NCBI GenBank assembly: GCA_002725475.1
Contig: PBPH01000045.1
Location: forward strand, 1 to 42,950
From: Methanobacteriota archaeon
GTDB lineage: Archaea; Thermoplasmatota; Poseidoniia; Poseidoniales; Thalassarchaeaceae
DNA length: 42,950 nucleotides
Direction of reading: 5' to 3'
A program made the translations under genes and the position numbers. The notes beneath the pieces are model-generated. The model worked only from the letters and a program-made list of their open reading frames with translations. It was not told the origin of the DNA and searched no databases. This document shows, one piece after another, positions 29,101 to 37,542 of this stretch; the first letter of the stretch is position 1; each line of letters begins with the position of its first letter.

Positions 29101-29417
29101 GGCTCAAAAACACCTCCTGCATCTCCAGAATAAGAAATCATTTCGTCAGCATAGATTAACCCCGGCTCAACACCATGCAATGAAGGGTCACGAATTGTGA
29201 CAGCGTACCCCACAACTTGTTCATTGGTGGGGAACTCGTTTTGAATTACTTCACGAGCGTCCAATTCAGGTGAATCCAGATTATATGATTCCATATCAAT
29301 TGGTGTTAGTGCATAAATCATTCCTGGAATCATCAATAAAGAAATTACTAGGATTGAAATATGAAATAGTCTGCGATTTGGGATGAGTAAATCAGCAACT
29401 CTATCGAAGTCCCGCAC
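26175..29417 (-). CDS. MMPL/RND superfamily transporter
   Basis: Two-repeat RND topology; ILALGIDDSLH and LGVGIDYVIH proton-relay motifs; large extracellular loops. Confidence 0.9.
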   Translation of the reverse strand: MRDFDRVADLLIPNRRLFHISILVISLLMIPGMIYALTPIDMESYNLDSPELDAREVIQNEFPTNEQVVGYAVTIRDPSLHGVEPGLIYADEMISYSGDAGGVFEPVGGILNLSVLREIDSKAEVARANPISEFYRPIVSDVTLVQYHGVITVPDQIRSFMAGESILTKPTFSPFGAALPPKTNWTDCGELDCITFDDPQITQAHIDLAVQRIIEGSDGIFLRWLSIDRGFHAAEDGVIGPIGGSLTKNGSWDGATWGNGRWSASSTWILIQFDMGDAEDAGWTSEWIDARKESGYKWNGFKVVTTPPERDSEFCLNSIESGEGACSWEWALVSLENSMRESDDLTLTFVIAEGINVEVNRELLESYSLIILMGFVVLILLWASLRRWSDVGIVSAGLSLSLLWMFGLIGWIGQASQAVGYPLIERSQFSNLLPILILALGIDDSLHVLHRYKEERKKGLDCNSSAAISVSRVGRAILLTSMTTMAAFSANLVSDIPALRSFGIEAALGVFSAFVLTGLWVPIVRLDVDKWMEKREKLEPEDSSTIHLVPSDWLANVAKTSAIAGPLVVIVALLISTLAAPMMFSLEGDFKVEDFFDEESDFATVVSLVNTRFYSEGEPGEILIEGDVVDPRVYSAILETRANMNIRGPDDPDRFSISADGNVDLGGYDILVNLAILAMANNITQFAQAGWDPTDSLGGVNCNRSNFGLPMVDDEDCLRFLVGFVSVHGIPETNSTPQLPPTIMALYISPDRPLDPNKPWLAEDGSIPRYERMILRYGLRQPEQFPIVEKALAELYRDLSPFDNLSDDDMKTKGNLDDAFSNDEFPVTWAIATGEPVARYVAASSLQNEMQSTLLLGVIFCVMTLWWGFRPTVLENKERMKINVESGALWATLSFGFVPLAIGLAAWSVTSMIAGSMIAMIVGIFALIASVVWGHDSLALSLLTTGPILVVVIWLYGLIALLGYGLNMVTVAIATLSLGVGIDYVIHVIERFREERYRGETVLASIIAVGGASGVALIGSAASDILGFLVISLSPMGFFSLFGTFSAAMIFFSLIASLIIACGMLGIISYRSVLKDAKLI

Positions 29418-29576
29418 TATTATCCCTAACCATTCCGCGAGTCCTCATACTCTTCAAACAACCTATTATCCGTTTTGAATTCCATTTTTCAATTTGATAT
29501 GAAGGGGTTGAATAAAGAGAACAAAATGATCAATATTTGACTCAAAGCCTCAAAATAGATGTTTGATTGAATCCGA

Positions 29577-29589
29577 CGCGCTTAATTAG
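29577..29589 (+). promoter_or_regulatory. Putative promoter of rpl21e (CGCGCTTAATTAG)
   Basis: AT-rich box ~25 nt before a hairpin leader and SD GGAGG; near-identical element at 30314-30328. Confidence 0.5.
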
Positions 29590-29606
29590 GGGCGGCAGGT
29601 CGCCGA

Positions 29607-29623
29607 GTTCCCCTTAGGGGAAC
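29607..29623. repeat. Hairpin GTTCCCC-TTA-GGGGAAC in the rpl21e leader
   Basis: 7-bp perfect arms read directly. Confidence 0.8.
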
Positions 29624-29637
29624 AATGGAGGCATCAG

Positions 29638-29928
29638 ATGCGCCGAACACATGGTACTCGTCAAGGAACCCGCACGATTGCTAGCCGTAGCAAGAAGGAG
29701 CGCGGTCGCCTATTCATTAGGAGGGTTATGCACCCTTACGAAATCGGTGATAATGTATCAATTGTAATCGATGGTGGTCAGCAGAAAGGAATGCCACATC
29801 GCAGATTTCAAGGCAGAACCGGTACAATATCAGGTAAGCAGGGCCGTGCATATGTTGTGTCTGTTAAAGATGGAAATAAAGCAAAGACAGTAGTCAGCCG
29901 GCCTGAACATTTGCGTCCAGCTGAGTGA
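29638..29928 (+). CDS. rpl21e: 50S ribosomal protein eL21
   Basis: KGMPHRRFQGRTG, GRAYVV, RPEHLRP. Confidence 0.97.
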   Translation: MRRTHGTRQGTRTIASRSKKERGRLFIRRVMHPYEIGDNVSIVIDGGQQKGMPHRRFQGRTGTISGKQGRAYVVSVKDGNKAKTVVSRPEHLRPAE

Positions 29929-29937
29929 GGTGATAAG

Positions 29938-30303
29938 ATGAGTGATGAACGTAGATACATAGATTATGCCACAGTTAGAGACGCACTAGAGGACGCTCAA
30001 AACCGTAGGGGCGAATTATCCTATGAGCAAAATATGGCACTAAACCACGCTACTTGGGCTGCTAGTGAAGCAAGAAACGGTATCGAGACAAGCACTGATG
30101 TGTTTAATCAACTTCTAACAGCATTAATGGAAGTTGATAAGTTGGAACCAGTTCCAGAGATTGCTGCAAAGATTGCAGAAATTATTCCAGTTCAAGCTCA
30201 AGATGTTAAGGCAATTCTCGCATCAAAGAGGGTTGTTATGGATGATAGTGAAGTCGAGCATGTAGTTACCATTGTTCGACAACATGTAGGATACGAGGGA
30301 TGA
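29938..30303 (+). CDS. rpoF: RNA polymerase subunit F (Rpo4/Rpb4)
   Basis: ELSYEQNMALNHA, IAAKIAEIIP; position after rpl21e. Confidence 0.88.
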   Translation: MSDERRYIDYATVRDALEDAQNRRGELSYEQNMALNHATWAASEARNGIETSTDVFNQLLTALMEVDKLEPVPEIAAKIAEIIPVQAQDVKAILASKRVVMDDSEVEHVVTIVRQHVGYEG

Positions 30304-30355
30304 AAGCGTTAAGCGCGCCCTTAATTGGTAATGCCTATTTCGACGGGTTGGTAGT

Positions 30356-30943
30356 ATGCAGGGCGGAAGCGACCGAGACAGCCGCGGAGAGGATTTACCG
30401 TGGGCAAATGAAACTCACTGCCGAGTTCTTTCACAGGAAGGGAGCGGCGAAGGTGGCGGAGTGATCAATTGCATCACAGAAAATCACCTTCATCTCATAA
30501 AAGCAAGAACCAAACCTGGTTGTGGCAATCTTGCTTCAGGGCAGAAATTAGCCTTCCCAGAAGATGAATCAAGTGAAATTGCCATGGTACTTGGTCGTGG
30601 AAGGTATCGGGAATTACCAAATACGGCACAATTAGCAATAGTTGATGTGGTTAAGCAAATATTGTCTGACAATCCAAAGCCCAGCCTCACATTTTACAAT
30701 AGAGCGGGGCCGGTATCTCTCAAATTCCATGCCTTTCAATTATTACCTGGTATTGGTCCTTCAAAAGCTCAAAAGATGATGCAGAGTAGAACTAGCATGG
30801 GTTGGTTTTCATTTGAAGAAGTTGATGAAGCCTGCGAAATTGATTCTTTACAATTGATTGCAGAGAGATTGGTTGAAGAACTGGAAGACCCAAAAATGGT
30901 ACCCAGTTTGCTTCAAAATGTAGTTCGAGTTACGGAAGTCTGA
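30356..30943 (+). CDS. DUF655 family OB-fold/HhH RNA-binding protein
   Basis: FYNRAGPVSLKFHAFQLLPGIG, F.SFEE; canonical position. Confidence 0.88.
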   Translation: MQGGSDRDSRGEDLPWANETHCRVLSQEGSGEGGGVINCITENHLHLIKARTKPGCGNLASGQKLAFPEDESSEIAMVLGRGRYRELPNTAQLAIVDVVKQILSDNPKPSLTFYNRAGPVSLKFHAFQLLPGIGPSKAQKMMQSRTSMGWFSFEEVDEACEIDSLQLIAERLVEELEDPKMVPSLLQNVVRVTEV

Positions 30944-30947
30944 GGAT

Positions 30948-31901
30948 ATGTCAGATTTGGTGCCGAATGGCAATGATGTAGTTAGTGAGTTAGTAGACCT
31001 TTTACTAGATAGGATTCATATTGACAAAGAACTTGGTCAACATTTTTTGATAAATGAAAAAATCCTACAAAGAGCAGTAGAAATTTCTGGCGCAGGCGCC
31101 GATTCTCATATTCTTGAGATTGGCCCCGGCCCTGGTACACTTACACATTTCCTTCTTGCACTTGGTTCAAAGGTTACTGCGATTGAGTTTGATGGAATGG
31201 TTGTAGAGCACCTACAAAGAGTACATTCTCAAGCAATTGAAAGTGGCCAACTTTGTTTGGTTAAAGGCGATGCTTTACACGTTGCTTGGCCCAAAGATTT
31301 GACACATGTTGTGAGTAACCCTCCATACCAAATTTCAAGCCCTTTATTATCAAAAATTGATAATTGGCAAAATGAAGCAAAACGGCGGGATGATAATGAA
31401 TTACAATCAGTAGTTTTGTTATTACAAGAGGAATTTGCCAGTCGTTTAACTATGGAATTTGGTATAGCATCTAGGGGCCCTCTTGGTATTAATATGGCCC
31501 TTAACTGGCAATGCTCTCTTGATTTGAAAGTCCCACCTCATTCATTTACACCACACCCAGAGGTGCATAGCAGATTGGTATTACTCAAACCTAGAAATTT
31601 GATGGATGAACTCGATATAGAGGTGGAACCTCGTTTGGTAAAGAGAATGGTCGATCATGCATTTGCAGAAAGGCGTAGGAAAATGAGAAACCGGCTGAAG
31701 GGCACACCTCGAAAAATAGAACGGGTTCCAAATTGGAATAGGAAAATTTGGAGGCAAGTTGCAGACAAATTATTGAGTGGTAAAGAAGACATTAATTTAG
31801 GGTCTGGTTGGGAAGATTTCAGGCCAGAAGATTTGGAAGTAAATGAATGGCTGATATTAGCTCAAAAGTTTGAACACATCAATAATGAATTAGTTGAATG
31901 A
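30948..31901 (+). CDS. rsmA: 16S rRNA dimethyladenosine transferase RsmA/KsgA/Dim1
   Basis: LGQHFL, LEIGPGPG, GDAL, SNPPYQISSP, F.P.PEV.S, RRRKMRN. Confidence 0.94.
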   Translation: MSDLVPNGNDVVSELVDLLLDRIHIDKELGQHFLINEKILQRAVEISGAGADSHILEIGPGPGTLTHFLLALGSKVTAIEFDGMVVEHLQRVHSQAIESGQLCLVKGDALHVAWPKDLTHVVSNPPYQISSPLLSKIDNWQNEAKRRDDNELQSVVLLLQEEFASRLTMEFGIASRGPLGINMALNWQCSLDLKVPPHSFTPHPEVHSRLVLLKPRNLMDELDIEVEPRLVKRMVDHAFAERRRKMRNRLKGTPRKIERVPNWNRKIWRQVADKLLSGKEDINLGSGWEDFRPEDLEVNEWLILAQKFEHINNELVE

Positions 31902-31977
31902 ACAATTTGTCAGTTTATCTGTTAAACGGGGGGTTCAAAGCAGACCCCCGGCTCCGGGAACATCGGGGGGATGACGC

Positions 31978-33066
31978 GTGGCGAAGAAGGACACCTATCT
32001 TGCACTCTTGAGAAGGGGGGTTGATGAGGTAACTGCTCAAACACTAGCAGATGCCGGCTTGACTATTGGGAAACTGAAAGATATTACAGAAGAACAGTTA
32101 GTTGGTAACTACGGTTTGAAAAAGAAAATCGCAAACTCAGTCATCGAAGTAATCAAATCTGGCCCTACTGGAGCAGGTTCTGAAAAGTTTCTTTCAAAGG
32201 TTCTTTCAACCCCTAAGAAGTTGGATAGGATCGACAAACAAAGATTACGCAGACAACAGAAAGATTACCTAGCAGAAATTATAGAGCAGAAAGAAAGAAT
32301 TAGAGAGGCTAAAGTTGAGGCTTTTCGAAGTAAGAAGTTGGTAATGATTAGGCTTGGTAAAAGTATAGAGTTGATTTGTAAATTAGAGAACAACCTTGAG
32401 GAAGAAGGCAAGTCAGAAATGCGTTCAAAAATCAATGATCAACTTGAAACACGTGGCTTGGAAGCAGCCCGTGACCATGAATTATTGAACCTGACTGGAA
32501 CGCCACAAGATATTGCTGATTTCCGTCGAAAGGTAGTTCCTGTGTTATGTTTGTACGCCTGCCCAGAGTGTGGCGAGGAGACCGATCCAGTTGGAGGGAA
32601 CTTGAATCAAGATAATCCGGAAGGTTGGAGTTTTATCTGTTGGGATTGTGAAACAGAATTTTCAGCACATATGGTTGATCGAGTAGAAACGTTCCTTAAC
32701 AACGGAAAGCACATTTCAATCGATGAGAAAAAGGGACCAAGGATTCCGATTGCCGTACGTCCTAAGGAATCCGCTTTACCATCGGTTGATGACATGCTCA
32801 GGGCCGATTTGGAACAAACCGGTGCTACTGCAGAGATGCTTGAAGCAGCAGTATCTGAAAGCAAGTTAACTGGTGGGTTGATGGATATCAATGACTGGAT
32901 AGATCAAACATTGGCTGCTAAGGGATACATCCAAGCTCAAGAAGATCGTGAAGATTTCATTGTAGCTACTGGTGCAGGCGCTACTAAATTCAACAAGTGG
33001 ATGAAGAAAGCGGGTCTCGTTTTCAATAAGCAAACTGGCCGTTGGACTCGCTGGTCAGATCGCTGA
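31978..33066 (+). CDS. Hypothetical protein: N-terminal HhH-like domain, coiled coil, C4 Zn-ribbon, Trp-rich basic C-terminal domain
   Basis: RGVDEVTAQTLADAG...GLKKKIANSV; CPECG...CWDC; SD GGGGGG before GTG. Confidence 0.7.
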   Translation: MAKKDTYLALLRRGVDEVTAQTLADAGLTIGKLKDITEEQLVGNYGLKKKIANSVIEVIKSGPTGAGSEKFLSKVLSTPKKLDRIDKQRLRRQQKDYLAEIIEQKERIREAKVEAFRSKKLVMIRLGKSIELICKLENNLEEEGKSEMRSKINDQLETRGLEAARDHELLNLTGTPQDIADFRRKVVPVLCLYACPECGEETDPVGGNLNQDNPEGWSFICWDCETEFSAHMVDRVETFLNNGKHISIDEKKGPRIPIAVRPKESALPSVDDMLRADLEQTGATAEMLEAAVSESKLTGGLMDINDWIDQTLAAKGYIQAQEDREDFIVATGAGATKFNKWMKKAGLVFNKQTGRWTRWSDR

Positions 33067-33093
33067 AGAATTTCTAGAATAGGTTGCACAGGG

Positions 33094-33306
33094 GTGCGTG
33101 ATTTAGAAAATAAAGGTATGAGTGTTGAAATGGATTCATTACTTGTTGTTTTCATCATATTTGATATCATGATTTTATTTCTAATCTATAGGTTCATGGC
33201 TAAGAAACTAGGAAATAAAATTGACTTGGTAGAGAAGAGACAGCGTTCTAGATGGGAAAGGGATGAAGCAAAACTGATTTCAGCATTTGAAAATGAAGAG
33301 GAGTGA
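33094..33306 (+). CDS. Small single-TM protein
   Basis: Hydrophobic LLVVFIIFDIMILFLIY followed by a charged tail. Confidence 0.6.
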   Translation: MRDLENKGMSVEMDSLLVVFIIFDIMILFLIYRFMAKKLGNKIDLVEKRQRSRWERDEAKLISAFENEEE

Positions 33307-33318
33307 ATAATTTCCTTA

Positions 33319-34323
33319 TCACCGTTGTTTTCCAATATAGCCCTTAACATATAGCCATAACAGCATGGTAAAACCAATGACTGCCATTACACCAAGAATA
33401 ATTGTCAAATCAATAGGGCCATTTCCAGCGCCAAATGATTCAACGTTCATTCCGAAAATACTTGCAACTGCAGTTATTGGTAGCATTATGGTTGCTATTA
33501 TGGTCAATAATCTCATTACTTCAGCAGCTTCAGCTTGTGATTCTGCTAATCTCATAGAGGTTTGAGAAATGTAAGTGTCACGAGTAGATGCTGCACCTGA
33601 ACTGTAATTCTCAACTCGCGTTCCAATAGAATGAGTCAAATCTGCAAGGTCACGATAGTAGAGTTTAGTTTCCTCGGTGATGAAGCCTTCATCAGAACGA
33701 AGCATCCTTTGGACTACTTCGTCAAGTGGTGTGGTTGATTTTGCAATCTCACGTAGGTCTCCTTTCATTTCATGCAGATTCTCCAGTAGATTTGGATATA
33801 CATGATGGGGATCAAAAACCTGGTCTTCTATTTCATCTAGTCGTTCTGATTTACGTATTAGCACTTTAGTCCAATCATCAGCTACAGAATCTAGTAGTTG
33901 ATAGAGTAGATATTCAGATTTCAATTCCCCACTTTTCTTGAAATCTTTTGATTTAATCCGTTTTCTAAATTCCGCAATACCTGGCATGTGTGCATGTCGA
34001 ACTGTGATTAACCACCCATCTCTGAGAAATGCACGCAAGTATTCAGTGTCAAGTTCTCTGTCCGCATCTCTAGCTTTGAAGGTTGTAAATTTGTGAGTAT
34101 CATACACGAAAACACGACTTGCAGGCTCCTCAAAACAATCGTCAACAGCTAAGTGATGAAAATTCATTTGACTATCAAGAAATTCTCTAGTGGATTCTTC
34201 TTCAGGTTGGAAAATATCTATCCAGCCACAGGAATTATTAGACATAAATGAAGGGAGATCGGCTAGAGATGTATCTTCCATATCAGCATTGATTTCACCG
34301 GTATGTACTCTCACTCGGGTCAT
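33319..34323 (-). CDS. corA: CorA-family Mg2+/Co2+ transporter
   Basis: WIDI..P, FHHLAVDD, two C-terminal TMs with the GMN signature. Confidence 0.92.
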   Translation of the reverse strand: MTRVRVHTGEINADMEDTSLADLPSFMSNNSCGWIDIFQPEEESTREFLDSQMNFHHLAVDDCFEEPASRVFVYDTHKFTTFKARDADRELDTEYLRAFLRDGWLITVRHAHMPGIAEFRKRIKSKDFKKSGELKSEYLLYQLLDSVADDWTKVLIRKSERLDEIEDQVFDPHHVYPNLLENLHEMKGDLREIAKSTTPLDEVVQRMLRSDEGFITEETKLYYRDLADLTHSIGTRVENYSSGAASTRDTYISQTSMRLAESQAEAAEVMRLLTIIATIMLPITAVASIFGMNVESFGAGNGPIDLTIILGVMAVIGFTMLLWLYVKGYIGKQR

Positions 34324-34421
34324 AGCACTCCCTCAGTATTCGGGTTTAGCGTTCTTTCTTAACTACAACGGGTCAAGTAATTTCCACTTTTCTTTGACTA
34401 TTTTGAATATATATTTCAGTT

Positions 34422-34724
34422 TCATTCATTGATTGAGGAATTCCATCGGTGAATATCTGGTACTTCAACAACTTCGATAAGGACGGAAGATATTTTTTTC
34501 TTTTGAAGTAACAAATTTCTAAGATCAATAAAGTCTAGTAGGCAGCAAGGACAGTGTGCCCTTGCGGGCTTTACTCGAAGTTGAACGGAACCATCTTCTC
34601 CCACTTGCATTGCTTTTAGGGCTCCACTTTCGTGTAATGTTGTCCCACTATGTGGCTCTTTCCAAGAGGAAAGAACATCAAGCAATTGCCGTTGAGCACC
34701 TCGTTGCACTCTACTCGCCATCAT
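34422..34724 (-). CDS. DUF59/FeS-assembly (MIP18-like) domain protein
   Basis: L...KEPHSG..LHESGAL, V.L.V.P...HCPCC. Confidence 0.55.
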   Translation of the reverse strand: MMASRVQRGAQRQLLDVLSSWKEPHSGTTLHESGALKAMQVGEDGSVQLRVKPARAHCPCCLLDFIDLRNLLLQKKKISSVLIEVVEVPDIHRWNSSINE

Positions 34725-34738
34725 ACCCCCTAGGGGGT
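34725..34738. repeat. Perfect 14-bp palindrome ACCCCCTAGGGGGT abutting the DUF59 start codon
   Basis: Read directly; includes the SD-like GGGGGT. Confidence 0.85.
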
Positions 34739-34760
34739 GTTGGCTTTCCGTCTTGCGCTC

Positions 34761-35555
34761 TCATATGTCAAGACTGAGAATATCTTCAATAGTGATAGAA
34801 CGAGCACCGTTCGCTTTGGCATTCTCTCCTGCTTGCTTTAGTATTCGATGTAGAAAACCCATTTTTGATAGATCATCCAACTTCTCAAGTGTAGGAATTA
34901 TTTCTGCAGGGTTCCCTCCAGTAAGAGATTTTTTCAAGCGATGTTGTAATTCTCCGGCTTGATCATAATAGAGTTCTAATAATTCTTCCAAGGCTTCACT
35001 TTCTACTTTCATCCCTGCAAAATTTCTGGCCATTTGCCTCATAGTTGCAGGGGTAATTACTCCATTACTTCCTCCAACTAGAGATTCTAATGGGTCATCA
35101 TGAATTAATGCAGGAGTTTGGAGAACTTCTACTTGTTTGGTTTGATTAACACCAAGATTTGAGAGTGCTTCCTCAAGATGTCGTGGTTTGATTGTCCCCA
35201 TGCGATGATTAGTACATACAGTTTCACAAGCCCTTAGTAAATTTCTGAGATAAGATTCCAATTCCTCGCAAGCAGCAGTAACTGCAGCAGCACCAACAGA
35301 ATCAACATGCTCAATTCTTTCTGTCATTAAGCCACGTGTTCGACTATATCCAAGCCTTGTACGAATAGGGTCATCCAAAGTTTTTCGTTCCGCATCTTGA
35401 GTCAAAGTTTCTTGCTCCATTCTAGGCACAACTTGATCAAGTTTAGCAACTAGTAGTTCAACAAGTTGGGTTTTTACTGCACCAGAAATTCGCAAATCTG
35501 TATAGGCCGAGGCGACGGTTGCAACATGAGATGGTGACCACGGTTTGGCGCACAT
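34761..35555 (-). CDS. Multi-histone-fold protein (three tandem histone-fold-like units)
   Basis: L1 motifs RIS / SVG / KVE..A and L2 motifs RKTL / MGTIKPRHL / RSITIEDI with intervening long helices. Confidence 0.75.
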   Translation of the reverse strand: MCAKPWSPSHVATVASAYTDLRISGAVKTQLVELLVAKLDQVVPRMEQETLTQDAERKTLDDPIRTRLGYSRTRGLMTERIEHVDSVGAAAVTAACEELESYLRNLLRACETVCTNHRMGTIKPRHLEEALSNLGVNQTKQVEVLQTPALIHDDPLESLVGGSNGVITPATMRQMARNFAGMKVESEALEELLELYYDQAGELQHRLKKSLTGGNPAEIIPTLEKLDDLSKMGFLHRILKQAGENAKANGARSITIEDILSLDI

Positions 35556-35628
35556 AACACCGCCTGTGAGTTCTCCCCCAATGAACCCTACGACGGTATA
35601 GAGAGGTTAGTTGAAGTGAAACTTAATT

Positions 35629-36870
35629 TCACCATTCTTGATGTAGTGGAATTAAATCGCCAGCAGTCAAGCATTCCATTCCATCATCTGTTCTAACCCA
35701 ACTATCCTCTAGTCCAATAGCACCTTCAGGGTAGATTACCTTTGGCTCAATTGCCATAGTTCCACCAATCGGCAACGGCCTTGGGAATCCTCGAGCAACC
35801 ACTGGAGTTTCGTCAAGGTGGAGGCCAATTGAATGCCCGAGGAATCTTGCTTGTTCTGGAGGCATACCCATGATGTGGTTTTCTTCACCAAACTCTCTAA
35901 CAACTTTCATTCCCTTTTCGTAAGCAATTTCGCAGGTATCTCCTCGTTCCAGTGAGCTGACTACCGTATTTTTTACTTCCAACATACTATCGAGCCGATC
36001 CATCCATTCACTGTCAAGAGGCCCGACGCTGAACATTCTAGTACAATCTGAAACATATCCTCGATGACAATGAACAATGTCTACTAACACAGGCTCTCCC
36101 GGCTTGATTCTATGGAATCCTGAACCATGGCTAGCAAATGGACTAGGGCCCGCTCCACCAATTGCTGAATCAAAATAGGAAGGAACCGATCCTGAACGGC
36201 CCGCTGCGATAACAACTCGGTCGCAATTCATTGGCCATTTTCTCATCATGATATGGCCCCCGAAACCAGCCACTCTGCTTACAGAATCTGCCGCCGCAGC
36301 TAATTCGATTTCTGAAATGCCTTCAGTGCCATCATGCATTATTTGCTCAAACATCCATCTGTTGATTTCACCACTTGCACGCATCTGTTCAATTTCCCAT
36401 CTACTTTTGCTCTCTCTTAATTTCCAAATTAGTTGAGTACAATCTTGTGAATCTCCTAATAATCCTTCATAGAATTTTATTAGAGAATGTTGCATTCTAC
36501 CATGTTGCATGGCTGGGGTGGACGTACAACCACGTTCTTTTAGTGCCGAATCCAATTCTTTTGAACGCGGATGATTTGCCAACTCAAATGGCGCCCCATC
36601 ATCTCCAGCTTCCCACTTAGCTCTGTCAAGACTTTGTTTGACCCAATAAACTGAGTTGACCCCTGATTCTTCACCACCAACTAGTAGTGTTCCCGCCTGC
36701 CGACCTCCTGTAAGCCAGTAGAGATCCACAGGATCATGAATCAACATAGATTCTATGCCGGCCTCAGAAAGTGCGGTGGATGTCAATTCAATACGTTGAG
36801 ATAACTCTTCAGTTGGAACCCTCCAATCATCACCATCGGGCCCCTCAATTGCTGAGATATCCCACTCCAT
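35629..36870 (-). CDS. Xaa-Pro aminopeptidase/prolidase, M24 family
   Basis: KSRWEI..MR, LVD...GYVSDCTR, GHSIGL, AIEP, GLED metal ligands. Confidence 0.92.
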   Translation of the reverse strand: MEWDISAIEGPDGDDWRVPTEELSQRIELTSTALSEAGIESMLIHDPVDLYWLTGGRQAGTLLVGGEESGVNSVYWVKQSLDRAKWEAGDDGAPFELANHPRSKELDSALKERGCTSTPAMQHGRMQHSLIKFYEGLLGDSQDCTQLIWKLRESKSRWEIEQMRASGEINRWMFEQIMHDGTEGISEIELAAAADSVSRVAGFGGHIMMRKWPMNCDRVVIAAGRSGSVPSYFDSAIGGAGPSPFASHGSGFHRIKPGEPVLVDIVHCHRGYVSDCTRMFSVGPLDSEWMDRLDSMLEVKNTVVSSLERGDTCEIAYEKGMKVVREFGEENHIMGMPPEQARFLGHSIGLHLDETPVVARGFPRPLPIGGTMAIEPKVIYPEGAIGLEDSWVRTDDGMECLTAGDLIPLHQEW

Positions 36871-37002
36871 ACAACCTTTCGGGATTGCTCAAAGGTCAAA
36901 GTGATTGGCTCTGAGAATGAATTATTAAGACAATTTTTAGCGTTTTGATAGTTATCCACATCAGTGGCAATAATCATAACATTATTCTCTCGGCTAAGAT
37001 GT

Positions 37003-37533
37003 ATGAATATAGAAGCCGATGATGAAGAAGAAAGGGAAAGGTTGCACAAATGCCTCCGCCTCAAGAAGGTGGTGCGTGCAGGATGGACTAGATTTCCAAT
37101 CGAAAATCCTGAATCGGTTGCCGCTCATAGTTGGGGTATGGCACTTACCGCACTATTGACATGCCCTCCCGAACTTGACAGGGAGAAGGTCATCACTCTA
37201 GCTTTGATACATGATTTAGCAGAAGTAATTGTTGGAGACATTACCCCTTTTGATGGTGTCTCCAAGGAAGATAAGAGAGTACAGGAGGAACAAGCCCTTG
37301 CAAAAATATTGGGTAATCATCCAAGATCAGATGAACTTCAAAGCATGTGGCAAGAGTTTGAAGATCGCACTACTCCAGAAGGAGAATTCGTATCTGACCT
37401 TGACAAATTAGATATGGGCCTCCAAGCAGAAATTTATGAGCAAGATTTCAATCTCAATCTAGATGAATTCACAATTTCATCACATCGATTAGTAAAAAAC
37501 CCAAATCTAGCATCATTGTTGAAAACATTCTAA
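37003..37533 (+). CDS. HD-domain 5'-deoxynucleotidase-like hydrolase (YfbR/HDDC2 family)
   Basis: LK.V.RAGW, ESVAAHSW, IHDLAE...GDITP, DLDKLD. Confidence 0.9.
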   Translation: MNIEADDEEERERLHKCLRLKKVVRAGWTRFPIENPESVAAHSWGMALTALLTCPPELDREKVITLALIHDLAEVIVGDITPFDGVSKEDKRVQEEQALAKILGNHPRSDELQSMWQEFEDRTTPEGEFVSDLDKLDMGLQAEIYEQDFNLNLDEFTISSHRLVKNPNLASLLKTF

Positions 37534-37542
37534 TGAATTAGT

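Noticed and set aside
29418-29637. Longest intergenic gap checked for tRNA or ncRNA
   Set aside because: No cloverleaf or TTCGA T-loop; explained by divergent promoters
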